DNA of 64,000 nt, from the NCBI GenBank assembly GCA_039794845.1, contig JAUQVK010000112.1, positions 1 to 64,000 of the forward strand, given 5' to 3'. Under the pieces are notes generated by a model. That model saw nothing but the letters and a program-made list of their open reading frames with translations. It did not search any database and was not told the origin of the DNA. Made by a program: the position numbers and the translations under genes. Source of the DNA: Thermostichus sp. DRC_bins_24. GTDB taxonomy: Bacteria; Cyanobacteriota; Cyanobacteriia; Thermostichales; Thermostichaceae. Of the stretch, positions 10,351 through 21,087 are shown piece after piece. Numbering within the stretch: position 1 is the first letter of the stretch; every line of letters starts with the position of its first letter.

Positions 10351-10392
10351 CTGAGGAAAGCTCGCCGCAGCGATGCCAAGACGGGATCCGGC

Positions 10393-10743
10393 TTAGTGCA
10401 TCACCACTTTGACGTTGGCATTGTTCAAGCCAGGACGCTTCACTTCCGCCAGGGTTTTGTTAACGGCGTACTTTTGGTTGATGGAGTTGATCAACTCGGT
10501 TTGGTTGTGCTTCTTAGCCACGCCCCAGAGATCGGCGATCAAGTCGAAGGAACCATCAGGGTTCTTAGACCAGCCCAAATCGTAGTCGCCCTCCAGCTGA
10601 GCCACGATGTCGGCACGCACGCGTTGGCCGTTGTAGCCGCGCACATCGGCGCCGAGCTTAACGCTGTAGCCGAGATCCCGCAGGGAGTTTTGCAGGATTT
10701 GGGCATCCGTAATCTTGGTGCGCAAGGTGCTAAAATGAGACAT
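10393..10743 (-). CDS. ycf35: DUF1257/Ycf35 family protein (slr0376-like)
   Basis: MSHFSTLRTKI, VRGYNGQ, FDLIADLW, INQKYA. Confidence 0.9.
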   Translation of the reverse strand: MSHFSTLRTKITDAQILQNSLRDLGYSVKLGADVRGYNGQRVRADIVAQLEGDYDLGWSKNPDGSFDLIADLWGVAKKHNQTELINSINQKYAVNKTLAEVKRPGLNNANVKVVMH

Positions 10744-10869
10744 GGTGTTTCTCTCCTGTATTTAGGGTTTGGAACATCGACACACAACAACGAGCAACGT
10801 TCTAGTAGGGAAAGGTTGACCTGTGCCTCTTCCGCCTGTGGTTAGGCAACTTTGGCTGGCCACCTCCCG

Positions 10870-12381
10870 CTAGAACTCCAGTCGCTGGTACTCGGCCACA
10901 GAGGCTGCTGCTGGCCGAGCCCGCTGCTGGGCCCATTCCCTCAACGCTACCACCTGCTCCGTCATGGTGCGAGATAGCGGCTGAGTTGCTTTTGTTGCTG
11001 CCAAAATGTCCAGCTGCGTAAATTCGCGGTTCTGGGCAAAGGCTTCGTACATGGCAGCAATCAAAACCTGTTCAATTTCTGCACCGGAAAAGCCATCACA
11101 GGCTACGGCTAGCTGGCGCAGATCAAAGCGGCTAATGTCGCGCCGCCGCTTCTTCAGATGAATTTCCAGGATCTCCATTCGCTCGGTGGTGTTGGGCAGA
11201 TCCACGAAAAAGATTTCGTCAAAGCGGCCCTTACGGAGAAACTCGCCTGGCAGACGATCCACCCGGTTGGCCGTTGCCATGACAAACACCGGAGAACGTT
11301 TCTCCTGCATCCAGGTTAGGAAAGAGCCGAAGATGCGGCTGGAGGTGCCCCCATCGGAGTCGCTCGAACCTGCGGATCCGGCAAAGGCTTTGTCCAACTC
11401 GTCGATAAACAGGATGGCCGGGGCCAAAGACTCGGCGGTGCGCAAGGCGCTGCGCAGGTTGGCTTCTGATTTCCCCACCGTAGAGCCATCGTAAACGCGG
11501 CCCATATCCAACCGCAGCAGAGGCAAGCCCCAAAGTCGGGAGGTGGTCTTGGCAATCAGGGATTTGCCACAGCCCGGCACGCCCAAAATCAGCATGCCTT
11601 TCGGTTGGGGCAGCCCGTAGGCTCTCGCCCGCTCGGTAAAGGCACCCGATCGTTGGGAGAGCCAGCGCTTCAGTTCCTCCAGGCCACCAACTGCCTCAAT
11701 GGTTTCGTCTTCTTCGATAAACTCCAGGATGCCGTTGCGGCGGATCAGCTGCTTTTTCTCAGAGAGAACGATCTCAACTTCAGCCTCACTGAGGCGACCG
11801 TGCATGACCACGGCCTTGCGATAGACCTTTTCCGCTTCATCTTGGGTAAGGCCGAGGGCAGCTTTGACCAATTTCTCCCGAGTTTCAGGAGGGAGGGAGC
11901 CCGAGCGGGGAGTTTGCTCCAGTTGGCGATTGAGGGTGCGCTCCAGAGCGGGCATATCCGGCAGGGGAAAGTCCACCACGGAGATGTCTTTTTCCAGCTC
12001 AACGGGTACCACCTGCACCGGGGACATCAGAAGGATGGTTTTGTGGGATCCCTTCAGGCTAAAAATGGCATCGCGGATCCAGCGCTTCACCTCCGTGTTG
12101 TCCAGAAAATCGTGCAGATCTTTGAAGACACAAATAGCCGGATCCTTTTGCTCCATTACCCATTGAATGGCGGGTTGAGGAGACTGGGTATTGTGTTGGG
12201 TGAGGCTGCGGGGGTTGCCGTACTCGACGATGCCGTGGGTGACCGTCCAGATGAATAAGCGCCGCTGAGGCTTGAGGGTGCGCGCAATTGCTGCCAGAGC
12301 CGCCTCCGCCCGTTCTTCCTCTGGGGTGAGCAGGTAAAGCAGTGGGTATTGAGCTTGAATGAGGATGTCTAGCTCTTGCAT
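10870..12381 (-). CDS. ycf46: Ycf46 family AAA+ ATPase (slr0374-like)
   Basis: GVPGCGKS, LFIDELDK, RKGRFDEIFFVDLP. Confidence 0.93.
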   Translation of the reverse strand: MQELDILIQAQYPLLYLLTPEEERAEAALAAIARTLKPQRRLFIWTVTHGIVEYGNPRSLTQHNTQSPQPAIQWVMEQKDPAICVFKDLHDFLDNTEVKRWIRDAIFSLKGSHKTILLMSPVQVVPVELEKDISVVDFPLPDMPALERTLNRQLEQTPRSGSLPPETREKLVKAALGLTQDEAEKVYRKAVVMHGRLSEAEVEIVLSEKKQLIRRNGILEFIEEDETIEAVGGLEELKRWLSQRSGAFTERARAYGLPQPKGMLILGVPGCGKSLIAKTTSRLWGLPLLRLDMGRVYDGSTVGKSEANLRSALRTAESLAPAILFIDELDKAFAGSAGSSDSDGGTSSRIFGSFLTWMQEKRSPVFVMATANRVDRLPGEFLRKGRFDEIFFVDLPNTTERMEILEIHLKKRRRDISRFDLRQLAVACDGFSGAEIEQVLIAAMYEAFAQNREFTQLDILAATKATQPLSRTMTEQVVALREWAQQRARPAAASVAEYQRLEF

Positions 12382-12575
12382 GGGAGGCACCAACTGCACA
12401 GGGAAAAAATCTGAACTGAGACCGGGAAGGAGGACTCGAAGAAAATGGGTTGAAAATGGGTTTTAGTCTGGCTTGCTCCTGAGATTGCTTCTGTGTCGTG
12501 GACTGCTGTTATTCACTTCTTATTCACTCAAGTTTGCAAAATAAAGGCCATTCTTTAGGGTGCTTGAGAAGAACC

Positions 12576-12947
12576 TTAACAAGGCACCAAGGCATCTTGT
12601 CGTTGCTCTTCTGAACTGGGTGCAGATCCCCAGTATTCCGGCTCAACCTCCTCGAGGATGGCTTCGGCTGCAGACTGCTTGTGAAGGGAGGTCACCTCTC
12701 CGTCGCGGATGACAAATGGATGGCTGCACTCAGGACATTGATGAACGCGATAAGCACTGCCCTGCACGCCTTCGATCACCTCGGGATGCAGCAAGTAGAA
12801 GGTAAGAGCTTTCTCTGCCACTGCCGACATCGGTTCCCGCTCCACAGCCGCCCGAATCTTCAGATTCCGGTGCAAGTCGGACGAGAGATACAACGTCACC
12901 TTCTGCTTGGCATCCACGCCTTCCACAATCTCTGGCCGATGATTCAT
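12576..12947 (-). CDS. Ribbon-helix-helix protein (slr0373-like)
   Basis: KQKVTLYLSSDLHRNLKIRAA; C-terminal CPEC; first gene of the conserved three-gene stress operon. Confidence 0.8.
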   Translation of the reverse strand: MNHRPEIVEGVDAKQKVTLYLSSDLHRNLKIRAAVEREPMSAVAEKALTFYLLHPEVIEGVQGSAYRVHQCPECSHPFVIRDGEVTSLHKQSAAEAILEEVEPEYWGSAPSSEEQRQDALVPC

Positions 12948-13225
12948 GGCTAACCGCTTTTCTTGCTCATGTGCCGGACTTGGGGCTCATCATAGCTAGC
13001 CCACCAGCTTGACGGCAAGCTTGTAATAATCCTTAACAATTCTCGCTTCCTTGCCCTTCTTGACGACAGCGGCAGCGGGGTAGGCTGGTGGAAGACGAAG
13101 GGTAGCTGATTTGTTGGGAGCGTGCCATCTTGTTTTCGTGGGATGCTTTCATGGGATCCTTGTGTTGGAGCCCTTCTACGGCCGGTTCTGACTCCATGCT
13201 TAACTCTTGATGAGCCTGCAACCCT

Positions 13226-13432
13226 ATGGAACGTGTAATCAACACCCTCAGCAAAAATCTCTCCGCTTGGGGCCGTCGTGCCCTTGTGCAGACCTCAGAT
13301 GGCTTGGCCAGCTTGAAAGAGGTGGCTCTGGACAATGGCAATGTGCTCCTCAGTAAGGCTCGAATTGCCTTTTCAGATGCCGGCTCCACCACCCTACGGG
13401 CGATTCAGTCCCGCTTTGGCGCTCGTCGATAA
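13226..13432 (+). CDS. Possible 68-aa hypothetical protein
   Basis: ATG ORF filling an intergenic gap with plausible composition; no family recognised. Confidence 0.45.
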   Translation: MERVINTLSKNLSAWGRRALVQTSDGLASLKEVALDNGNVLLSKARIAFSDAGSTTLRAIQSRFGARR

Positions 13433-13453
13433 CGCCAGAGTTCAAATGAGTTT

Positions 13454-13600
13454 TACAGCCCTTACGCGGGTTTTCTACGGCAGGGCTTGTGCTTCTTTAG
13501 CCCTAGGGGGTGGATCTCAACTTCCACGGTTGTTACATGGGACTAGCGGTGCCCTATGGTGGGCGAACGCGCCAGCGTGCCCTAGGCGTAAAGGGCTGTA
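13454..13600 (+). mobile_element. MITE family 1, copy B
   Basis: TIRs TACAGCCCTTACGC ... GCGTAAAGGGCTGTA with TA at both ends. Confidence 0.88.
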
Positions 13601-13646
13601 AGTGAGTTCAGAATAGGGATCCCAAAAACCCCAAAAAATCCCCAAA

Positions 13647-15512
13647 CTATCCGCCCAAGTCTTGCAGGCGATAGAGGTTGGCATAAATGCCATTCAGAGC
13701 CATTAGCTCCGCATGGGATCCCTGTTCTTTCAGTTCTCCCCGTTGCAGCACCAAGATGCGATCCACGTCGCGGATGGTGGAAAGGCGGTGGGCAATGATG
13801 ATAGCGGTGCGATCCTGCAGCAGGGTTTCTAGAGCCGACTGGATCAGGGCTTCTGTGCCCACATCCAAGCTGGCGGTGGCCTCATCCAACACCAAAATTT
13901 TCGGATTCCGCCACATGGCCCGCACAAAGCTAATCAACTGTTTTTGGCCGCTAGAGAGGTTGCTGCTCCGTTCCCGCACCGGCGTGGCATAGCCTTGGGG
14001 TAAGTCGCGGATGAATTCGTGCAGGTTCAGCTGACGGGCGGCCCGCTCCACATCGGCCAAGTCCCCAGTTTCCCCAAGGGTGATGTTTTGTTGGATATTG
14101 CCCGAGAACAAAAATCCATCCTGCAGAATCACCCCAAGGTGTCGGTGCAGTTCTGCCTGGGGGATCTCGCGAATATCCACACCATCGATGCGAATGGATC
14201 CCTGATTTACCTCATAAAGGCGGCAGAGCAAGCGGATGATCGAGCTTTTCCCCGCCCCTGTCGGCCCCACCAGGGCCACTTTTTCTCCGGGGCGAATCGT
14301 AAAGTTGAGATTTTTCAGCACCCACTCATCGGCGGTGTAGCCAAAAGAAACATTCTCGAACCGCACCTCCCCCCCGGCGGAAGCAGGCAAGTGGCGGGGC
14401 TGAGCGGGATCCCGAATGGCAATCGGCAGGCTGAGAATGTTATCGATCCGTTCGACAGCCGTAAACCCCGACTGCAGAGCGGTAAATTTTTCCGCCAACT
14501 GACGCAGCGGGTTGAAAAACCGTTGGGAGAACAGGATAAAGGCGTAGAGGCTGCCAAAGGTGAGGGGCTCGCTGGGTAACGGCAGGGATCCCCCCAAGCC
14601 TTGTCGCAGAGCCCCCGTACCGGCCGAGATCACCTGTTGCCCCCCCACCCAAAGCAGGGCTGCTACCGCCAACCACGACACCCATTCCAAAACAGCGGAC
14701 AAAGCGGAATCGTAAAGGATAGTCTGATCGACTTCGTGAATGTAGCGCTGGTTAATGGTTCGGAAGATCTGCCCGTTTAGTCGTTCCCGCCGAAACAGTT
14801 GGACCACCGTGATGCCCAAAATGTTTTCTTGAATCCAGGAGTTGAGTTTGGAGAGTTCTTCTCGCACACGAAAGTTGGCATCACGAAAGCGGCGCTGCAA
14901 CCAAATGACGATGGCCCCAATGGGAATGACGATGAGGATCAGCAGCAGGCCCAAATCCCAGCGTTGGCTGAGCATGACCACCGCGATTACCCCCAGGGTA
15001 AACAGGTCACTGACAATGCCGACGGCCCCCGTCGAGAAGACATCCCCCAAGGCTTCTACATCACTGGTGATGCGGGTGATTAATTTCCCCACCGGGGTGC
15101 GATCAAAAAATTGGGCCGGTAAGGCGAGAATGTGGGCGAACAGATCATCCCGAATGTCGCGGGTCATCAGCTGCCCCAACTTTTGGCTGGTATAGCCCTC
15201 CAAAGATTGGAAGCCCCAGCGCACCAGCACCGTCAGAACCAACAAGCCCACAAAGGGCCACAGGCCGGAGAGGATCCCGTCCCCGCGTTCCATCGCCTGG
15301 GCAATCGGGCCATCCAGGGCTCGCTGCAAGATCAAAGGCTGCACTGCATCCGCAAGTGCCAAGGGGGGCAAAAAGGCCAAAGCTGCCAGCAACAACTTCA
15401 GGTGGCGACGGGCATAGGGCCAGAGAATCCGCAGCAACCGCCAGTCGCTCTCTCGTTGAGGTTGGGGATCCGAATCTGCAGCCGTATCGGGGGGAGTGGC
15501 AGCAAAGGTCAC
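13647..15512 (-). CDS. ABC exporter, fused permease/ATPase (MdlB-like); start uncertain
   Basis: TM domain, GPTGAGKS, LSSGQKQ, LVLDEAT, IAHRL. Confidence 0.95.
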   Translation of the reverse strand: MTFAATPPDTAADSDPQPQRESDWRLLRILWPYARRHLKLLLAALAFLPPLALADAVQPLILQRALDGPIAQAMERGDGILSGLWPFVGLLVLTVLVRWGFQSLEGYTSQKLGQLMTRDIRDDLFAHILALPAQFFDRTPVGKLITRITSDVEALGDVFSTGAVGIVSDLFTLGVIAVVMLSQRWDLGLLLILIVIPIGAIVIWLQRRFRDANFRVREELSKLNSWIQENILGITVVQLFRRERLNGQIFRTINQRYIHEVDQTILYDSALSAVLEWVSWLAVAALLWVGGQQVISAGTGALRQGLGGSLPLPSEPLTFGSLYAFILFSQRFFNPLRQLAEKFTALQSGFTAVERIDNILSLPIAIRDPAQPRHLPASAGGEVRFENVSFGYTADEWVLKNLNFTIRPGEKVALVGPTGAGKSSIIRLLCRLYEVNQGSIRIDGVDIREIPQAELHRHLGVILQDGFLFSGNIQQNITLGETGDLADVERAARQLNLHEFIRDLPQGYATPVRERSSNLSSGQKQLISFVRAMWRNPKILVLDEATASLDVGTEALIQSALETLLQDRTAIIIAHRLSTIRDVDRILVLQRGELKEQGSHAELMALNGIYANLYRLQDLGG

Positions 15513-15749
15513 AGAGCACACCCAAGAACAAATGAAGAACAAAAAAGTGGTGCAGGGCACAGATCCACTTTACGCGCTTGCTGGTCGGGATAAACCGTGA
15601 AGGAGCGCAGAGGTTCAAACCTGTCTCCTGGGAATTTTGAAAAGTCGAGTTTGGTTTTTCCGGGACAGCTGGCAAACTGCCCCTTTTTGGGTTTCCGGCT
15701 AGCCAAACCCGGACAGGCTATAGACATCTTGACGGAGGAGAAGCCAGCG

Positions 15750-16535
15750 ATGTCTTACTACAGAATGCTCTTTCCGGTTGGGGGAGCAGGGCTATTGTTA
15801 TTGATCTTCGGCGGGATCCTGTTTGGCTTCTTCCGCGCCTTCGGATTGCCGATTGGAGAACTGGCGGACTGGGTGATCGGGATTGCCAGCTTTTGGTGGT
15901 TGGTGGTGATCGTCACCATTCCTTGGAACATTTACTTTCATGCCAAGGCCGTGCACCACGAGGCGGTTGTGTCTCGACAACGGGGGATCCCGGTGGAAAC
16001 CTCAGCCTTTACCTTTATTCAGAAACTCACCAACTGGTCGTTGCGCATTGCGATTGCGCTGCATGTGCTGTCGGCCCTGGCCTTTTACGGATTGGCCATT
16101 GGGCAAGTCACCCCAATTGGCTACCCCAGTGCTGTGGCGGCTTTGTTGCTGACGGCTTTGCGCCCGGCCATTCGCGGCTATGAATATCTGGCGGACCGGT
16201 TGGCCCAGCTGCAACAGCAAATTTTGGTGCCCCGCGAAGATGCGATCGAACTGGCCTATCAGCTGAAGAACTTGACCCGCCAAGTGGAGATCATGCAAGA
16301 GCAATTGGATCCCAACAGGCCCCATTCCTGGGCATCTAAAGAAGAGGAAACCCGGCGCTACCTGCGGCAAGAAGTGGCCACTGCCAAAGCCCAGCTCGAA
16401 CAACTGCGGGCCAGCAATGACCTAGACCACACCCAACTGCGGCAAGAGATCCAACAAGCCGTGGCTCAACTCAGCGTTGACAGCCAATTTCTGGGCCATG
16501 TGCGGGAGATCCTCCGCTTTGTCAAAGAAGCTTGA
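15750..16535 (+). CDS. Hypothetical membrane protein with C-terminal coiled coil
   Basis: GGAGGAG RBS before ATG 15750; about four hydrophobic segments. Confidence 0.8.
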   Translation: MSYYRMLFPVGGAGLLLLIFGGILFGFFRAFGLPIGELADWVIGIASFWWLVVIVTIPWNIYFHAKAVHHEAVVSRQRGIPVETSAFTFIQKLTNWSLRIAIALHVLSALAFYGLAIGQVTPIGYPSAVAALLLTALRPAIRGYEYLADRLAQLQQQILVPREDAIELAYQLKNLTRQVEIMQEQLDPNRPHSWASKEEETRRYLRQEVATAKAQLEQLRASNDLDHTQLRQEIQQAVAQLSVDSQFLGHVREILRFVKEA

Positions 16536-16545
16536 GAAAAAGACT

Positions 16546-17493
16546 TTAACGGGCGCTGCTGCTTACTTCCCCCACCTGCGCAGAATACTGGGAGGGAACC
16601 AGCTTGGTGCCTACTCCGGCATCGGTCAGAATCTCCAGCAGCAGGGAATGAGGGGATCCCCCATCCAGAATGTGGGCGGCCCGTACCCCTTGTGCCAAGG
16701 CCCGGATGCAACACTGCACCTTGGGAATCATACCGCCTTTAACGATACCCGTTTGGATCAGCCGGCGGGCAGTTTCGATATCCACCAAAGTCACCAAGGA
16801 GCTGCGATCCTGAGGATCTTTGAGAATACCGGGGGTATCGGTGAGCAAGATCAGCTTTTCTGCCCCCAGAGAAGCCGCCAGCTCTCCGGCTACTGTATCG
16901 GCGTTGATGTTGTAGGCTTGCCCTGTCTCATCGGCGGCCACACTGGAGATCACCGGAATTTGGCCTCCCTCCAGCAGGGTTTGAATCAAATGGGGGTTGA
17001 TGCTGCTCACCTCCCCCACAAAGCCAATCTCCGCTCGTCCTTGAGAGCGTGCCTTGATCAAGTTGCCATCCCGACCACACAATCCCACTGCGGAACCGCC
17101 TGCCAAGCTGATTAGCTGCACGATCTGCTTATTGACCTTACCCACCAACACCATTTCCACCACTTCCATCGTGGCGGCATCGGTGACCCGCAGGCCATCG
17201 ACAAATTTGAAGGGAATATCCAGCTTTTGCAGCCAGCTGTTGATCTCAGGCCCTCCTCCATGGACCAGCACCGGACGAATGCCGACACAGGACAAAAAGA
17301 CGATATCCCGCAGCACTTCGGCCCGCCGCTCTTGATGCACCATGGCAGCGCCACCATATTTGATTACAACAACGCGACCCTGGTATTGCTGAATGTAGGG
17401 CAGTGCTTCGCTGAGGATCTGAGCCCGAGTGAGGGGATCACACTGCACAACCTGAGACTCAGCTGGATTGGAGGAGGAAGAGTGGGTCAGCAC
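16546..17493 (-). CDS. argB: N-acetylglutamate kinase
   Basis: [39 protein letters not shown]. Confidence 0.98.
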   Translation of the reverse strand: MLTHSSSSNPAESQVVQCDPLTRAQILSEALPYIQQYQGRVVVIKYGGAAMVHQERRAEVLRDIVFLSCVGIRPVLVHGGGPEINSWLQKLDIPFKFVDGLRVTDAATMEVVEMVLVGKVNKQIVQLISLAGGSAVGLCGRDGNLIKARSQGRAEIGFVGEVSSINPHLIQTLLEGGQIPVISSVAADETGQAYNINADTVAGELAASLGAEKLILLTDTPGILKDPQDRSSLVTLVDIETARRLIQTGIVKGGMIPKVQCCIRALAQGVRAAHILDGGSPHSLLLEILTDAGVGTKLVPSQYSAQVGEVSSSAR

Positions 17494-17556
17494 CGCCGTA
17501 GGGTTCCTGAGTGTAAGAAAACTTGACCTAAACTATCGCATTCTTTGGATTAGAGG

Positions 17557-18516
17557 TTAAGACCACCGTGCCCACTTTATCCACCTCCTGGGAGCCACCC
17601 TACGAAGGGCGCAGGCATGGTAGCTGGGTTGACTGCCGTCCCTTGGACAAGCCACCAACCCAAAGCCCACACCATCCGCCACCATCTGGGTTGGCTTCAA
17701 CCCAAAATCAGACGGGATTCGGACAATAGGGGTCAGGGATCCCTGCCCATCGGTACCTGGCGAGCCCTGCAAATCAATATCGTGAATCGGCACAAAATCA
17801 CCATCATTTTGCTCCCGCAACACCCGACCATCCAGCACCACCGACACCCCCTGACTGAGAGTGGCCCTGAGAATACTGGGATCCCCTTGGGCAGGCGCCA
17901 AAAACCAGCAGTCTTGCCCCTGATGAAGGAGCTTAGTCTCTCTTTTATTCTTTTATAAAGAACTCCTTAATAAAGAAAAATCCTTCATCACCGGGAAACT
18001 ATCGAAATCCAACAACCGAGAGGTCTGCCCCGAGCTATCCACCTGTAACAACTCTGAACCACAACAGGTTTGCACCGCCGGATTTTGCCGAGCGAAAAAG
18101 ACCGGGAAAGACTCTCGGGTGAGAGCTACGCTATTTCCCACCTGCACCAAGTTGGACAGGTATTCGAATACTCCTCCAAAAGAGGAAGCAAACGGGAGAT
18201 TCTCCGCAAAAGTCGAGACTTGGCCCTGGGCATCAACCTGGCTCAAAACGCCGATATTCCGAGTTCTAATCGTTGCGTTGTAGCCCTGAGTGGCTTTCAA
18301 CAGCATCACCCCACCGTCAAAAGCCCCGATTCTCCTGAACCATTCTGAATAGCCTGGCCATGGATTTCTCTCCTCCTCCAACACCAGGCTCACCTGCCCT
18401 GAAGAGGTGATGCGAGTCAGTCGTGACCGGGTATCAATACATCTGCTCGAGGTTAATGAAAACTCCCGACAGTTATCCTCCAGAACCCAATAATCAGAGC
18501 CCGATTTCACCAAGTC
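17557..18516 (-). pseudogene. Disrupted gene of unknown function
   Basis: ORFs 17953-18549 and 17557-17901 share one frame and are split only by TAA at 17953-17955; 5' part replaced by ISL3. Confidence 0.65.
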
Positions 18517-19560
18517 GGCTCTCCTAGACTTATGGTGATCAGCGATCACTAAGTCCAGAAGGCTGTCAATAATCGAGCTCTGAAGTTGGTCATATTGGTA
18601 AACCCGTACCCTTGTCGCTTTATTACCTTGATCCGGTTGTTGATTCCCTCCATCATCCCATTAGTCACACGATTCACAAAATAGTGACAGATCCCCTGAA
18701 GATGATTCCGGACTGCCTTGACCCCATCGGTGTGAACCCTTTGAGCCTCTGCCAGCCATGCGACCAGTTGACTCTCTCCCTCCTTTACAGTAATTATGCT
18801 CTCAAAAATGCTCCGCAACCTCTCTTTCAGTTCATAGGCTTGCCTCAGTCGTTTGCTCCGTTTTAAATAGATCTCCAGTTTTGCCTTTTCTTCCTCAGTT
18901 AAGTCTTTATTATTCTTAAGTATGATTCTTTTTAATCCTTTCTCTGTAATCTGAGCCTGTCGTCTAATTCTGTCTAACTCCTGGATGGCTTTCTGCCACA
19001 TGGAATCTGTCATAGACGATACGGGCCTTCGGAAATACCCGCCTGACAACTTTGGTAAATCCAGCCCACATATCGATACTCACTTCTTCCATCCTCAGCC
19101 TCTCTTCCTCTGCCCATAAGCTTTCCAGCCTTGCAATAAACTCTTCTTCTTTGTGAACATCAATCACCTCTAGCAGACAATGATTCTCTAGGTCGCCGAT
19201 AACTGTCACGTATTGATTGCGCCCTTTTCGTAAACTGATCTCGTCGATACTGATTTTCTTGGCCCGAAACACTGGGGCTCTTTTGGGCTTGTTGCTGCTC
19301 AGACTGACGCTTGAATATCCCTTCCACTTGGTCTCGACTTAATCCTTCATTCTGACTAACTTGTTCAATCGTCGATTGTTTGACTTGTCGATAAATAGAG
19401 GTTTCATAACGCTGTGTATAGGAGCGTTCCCAGTCCACGAATGAGAGGACTTCAGTGGAGTAGTGCTGGCAGTGAGAGCAATAAAATTGGCGGCGAGGCA
19501 CTTGCAGATAGACTGAACGCCCAAACAGGGACAAGTCTCGCACAACGAACCATTCTACAG
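18517..19560 (-). mobile_element. ISL3-family IS remnant; transposase 5'-truncated with two frameshifts
   Basis: RDLSLFG...RRQFYCSHC, ISIDEISLRKG, SIDMW, DRFHV, TNGMMEGINNRIKVIKRQGYGF across three ORFs; GGCTCT terminus at 18517. Confidence 0.92.
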
Positions 19561-19580
19561 TAAATCTCACCTGTTGGTAT

Positions 19581-19817
19581 TTGGATACGTTTCATTCCTT
19601 TTATCGCCACTTTTTGCTGAAGCTGTTCCATGAGGGATTGGGCAAGCCCGATCGCAATCCTGAATTGAACAAACTGCTGGGCAAAATTCCCTATCTGAAT
19701 CTGAATGGCGGCTTGTTTGAAGTCCACCAGTTGAAGGAAAAATATGACACCACTCTGCACATTCCCGATGTGGTGTTTGAGCAAGTGGTGATGTTTATCA
19801 ATTCATACATCGGGTGA
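19581..19817 (+). pseudogene. Fragment of a type IIG/Eco57I-like restriction-modification enzyme
   Basis: FYRHFLLKLFHEGL...KIPYLN(LN)GGLF; CTGAAT is duplicated within the motif. Confidence 0.7.
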
Positions 19818-19850
19818 GCATTGGCGAAGCCTCTCTGCAAGAAAATCGCG

Positions 19851-19916
19851 GCACAACAACGCGCTGCACCCGACCGCCAAGAGGTTATCTGCCGCGGGTG
19901 AGCTAACCCGTTCCCC
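19851..19916 (+). other. Integron attC-like recombination site
   Basis: R'' GCACAAC, 5-nt spacer, L'' GCT(G)CACCCG pairing with L' CGGGTGAGC with one extrahelical base, 6-nt spacer, then GTT. Confidence 0.75.
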
Positions 19917-19949
19917 ATCAATGTCCTTTGCTTTCAGGGATCCCTTTCT

Positions 19950-21053
19950 TTAGCGCAGAAAACGAGCCAGTAGCACCATGCCGATGCCTCCGAACAGAAT
20001 GTTGAAACTCCAGGCCGCCGCCCAAGGGGGCAAAGCCCCGGCTTCTCCCAAACTGCGGGACACACTTAAAATCACGTAGTAGCCAAACACCAACAAAATG
20101 CCGAAAACCACGCCCCCATAGCGCCCCACCCGGCGGGCCGTACTGGATCCCAGGGGCAGCGAGATCAACACCGCAAAAAAGCTGGCCAAAGGCAAGGAAA
20201 AGCGCAAATGAAACTCGGTGCGCAGGGCTTGGGTGTTCAGGTTAGAGCGGGCCAAACGCGCAATTCGCTCCGCCAATTCCGGCAAGCGCAACTCACTCGG
20301 GGGTACGGGCAGCTGCATCAGGGTGGCCAGATCCTCCGAGACCTGCAAGGGCTTACGGTCAAAGACCTGCTCGGCAATGCTGGTGCCGGTGGGACCATAG
20401 ATGTGGGTCACCCCTTCACTGAGGCTCCACTCCAAACCATTCCACACCGCCTGAGCCGCCAAGGTCACTTCTGCCAACTGATAGTTGCCCCCCGGCAAGG
20501 GATTCACCCGCAGCAGGGTTACATCTTGCATGGTGTTCAGGCGGGGATCCACCTGGCGAATGAAAAACCAGAGGTTGTCTTCGGTTTTGAAAAAGACGTC
20601 GTACTGAACCGGGGTGGTGGCTTGGGTGAGCAAAGCCTGCTGATCGATCTCGCGGATTTGCTGTTTGCTGGCGGGGAGCAGCACATTGCTAATGCCAAAG
20701 GCGCTGAGGCTCATGGTCAGACCCACCAACAACAGGGGCCGGAAAATGCGGGAAAAAGGGATCCCAGCCGCTCGCAGGGCGGTGATCTCGCTATTGCCAC
20801 TCAGTTTGCCCAGGGTGAGCATGGTGGCGAAAAAGGCAGCGATCGGCATCCCCAGCACCACCATCTCCGGCATGTCCAGGGCCAAGAGGCGCAATACCAT
20901 CAAAGGGGGGACGGATCCCTCCACCAGCCGCTCGGCTAGGGTAAACAGCCTGCCCACCAGCAGCAGTAGCGTTCCCCCCGCCACACCGGCCAGCACCGGG
21001 GTAAGCATCTGTCCAAACAGGTAGCGCTCCAACAGCCAGAACTTGGTCAGCAA
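19950..21053 (-). CDS. LptF/LptG family LPS export permease
   Basis: LERYL, LSGNSEITALRAAGI, RFSLPLASF, LPPWAAAW. Confidence 0.93.
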   Translation of the reverse strand: MLTKFWLLERYLFGQMLTPVLAGVAGGTLLLLVGRLFTLAERLVEGSVPPLMVLRLLALDMPEMVVLGMPIAAFFATMLTLGKLSGNSEITALRAAGIPFSRIFRPLLLVGLTMSLSAFGISNVLLPASKQQIREIDQQALLTQATTPVQYDVFFKTEDNLWFFIRQVDPRLNTMQDVTLLRVNPLPGGNYQLAEVTLAAQAVWNGLEWSLSEGVTHIYGPTGTSIAEQVFDRKPLQVSEDLATLMQLPVPPSELRLPELAERIARLARSNLNTQALRTEFHLRFSLPLASFFAVLISLPLGSSTARRVGRYGGVVFGILLVFGYYVILSVSRSLGEAGALPPWAAAWSFNILFGGIGMVLLARFLR

Positions 21054-21087
21054 AGGGGCTCTCCTCCGGCTTCACCGGCCACCTACT

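Noticed and set aside
17922..17989. AT-rich inverted repeat as a separate inserted element
   Set aside because: The reading frame is preserved across it apart from one stop, and no target duplication or second copy was seen
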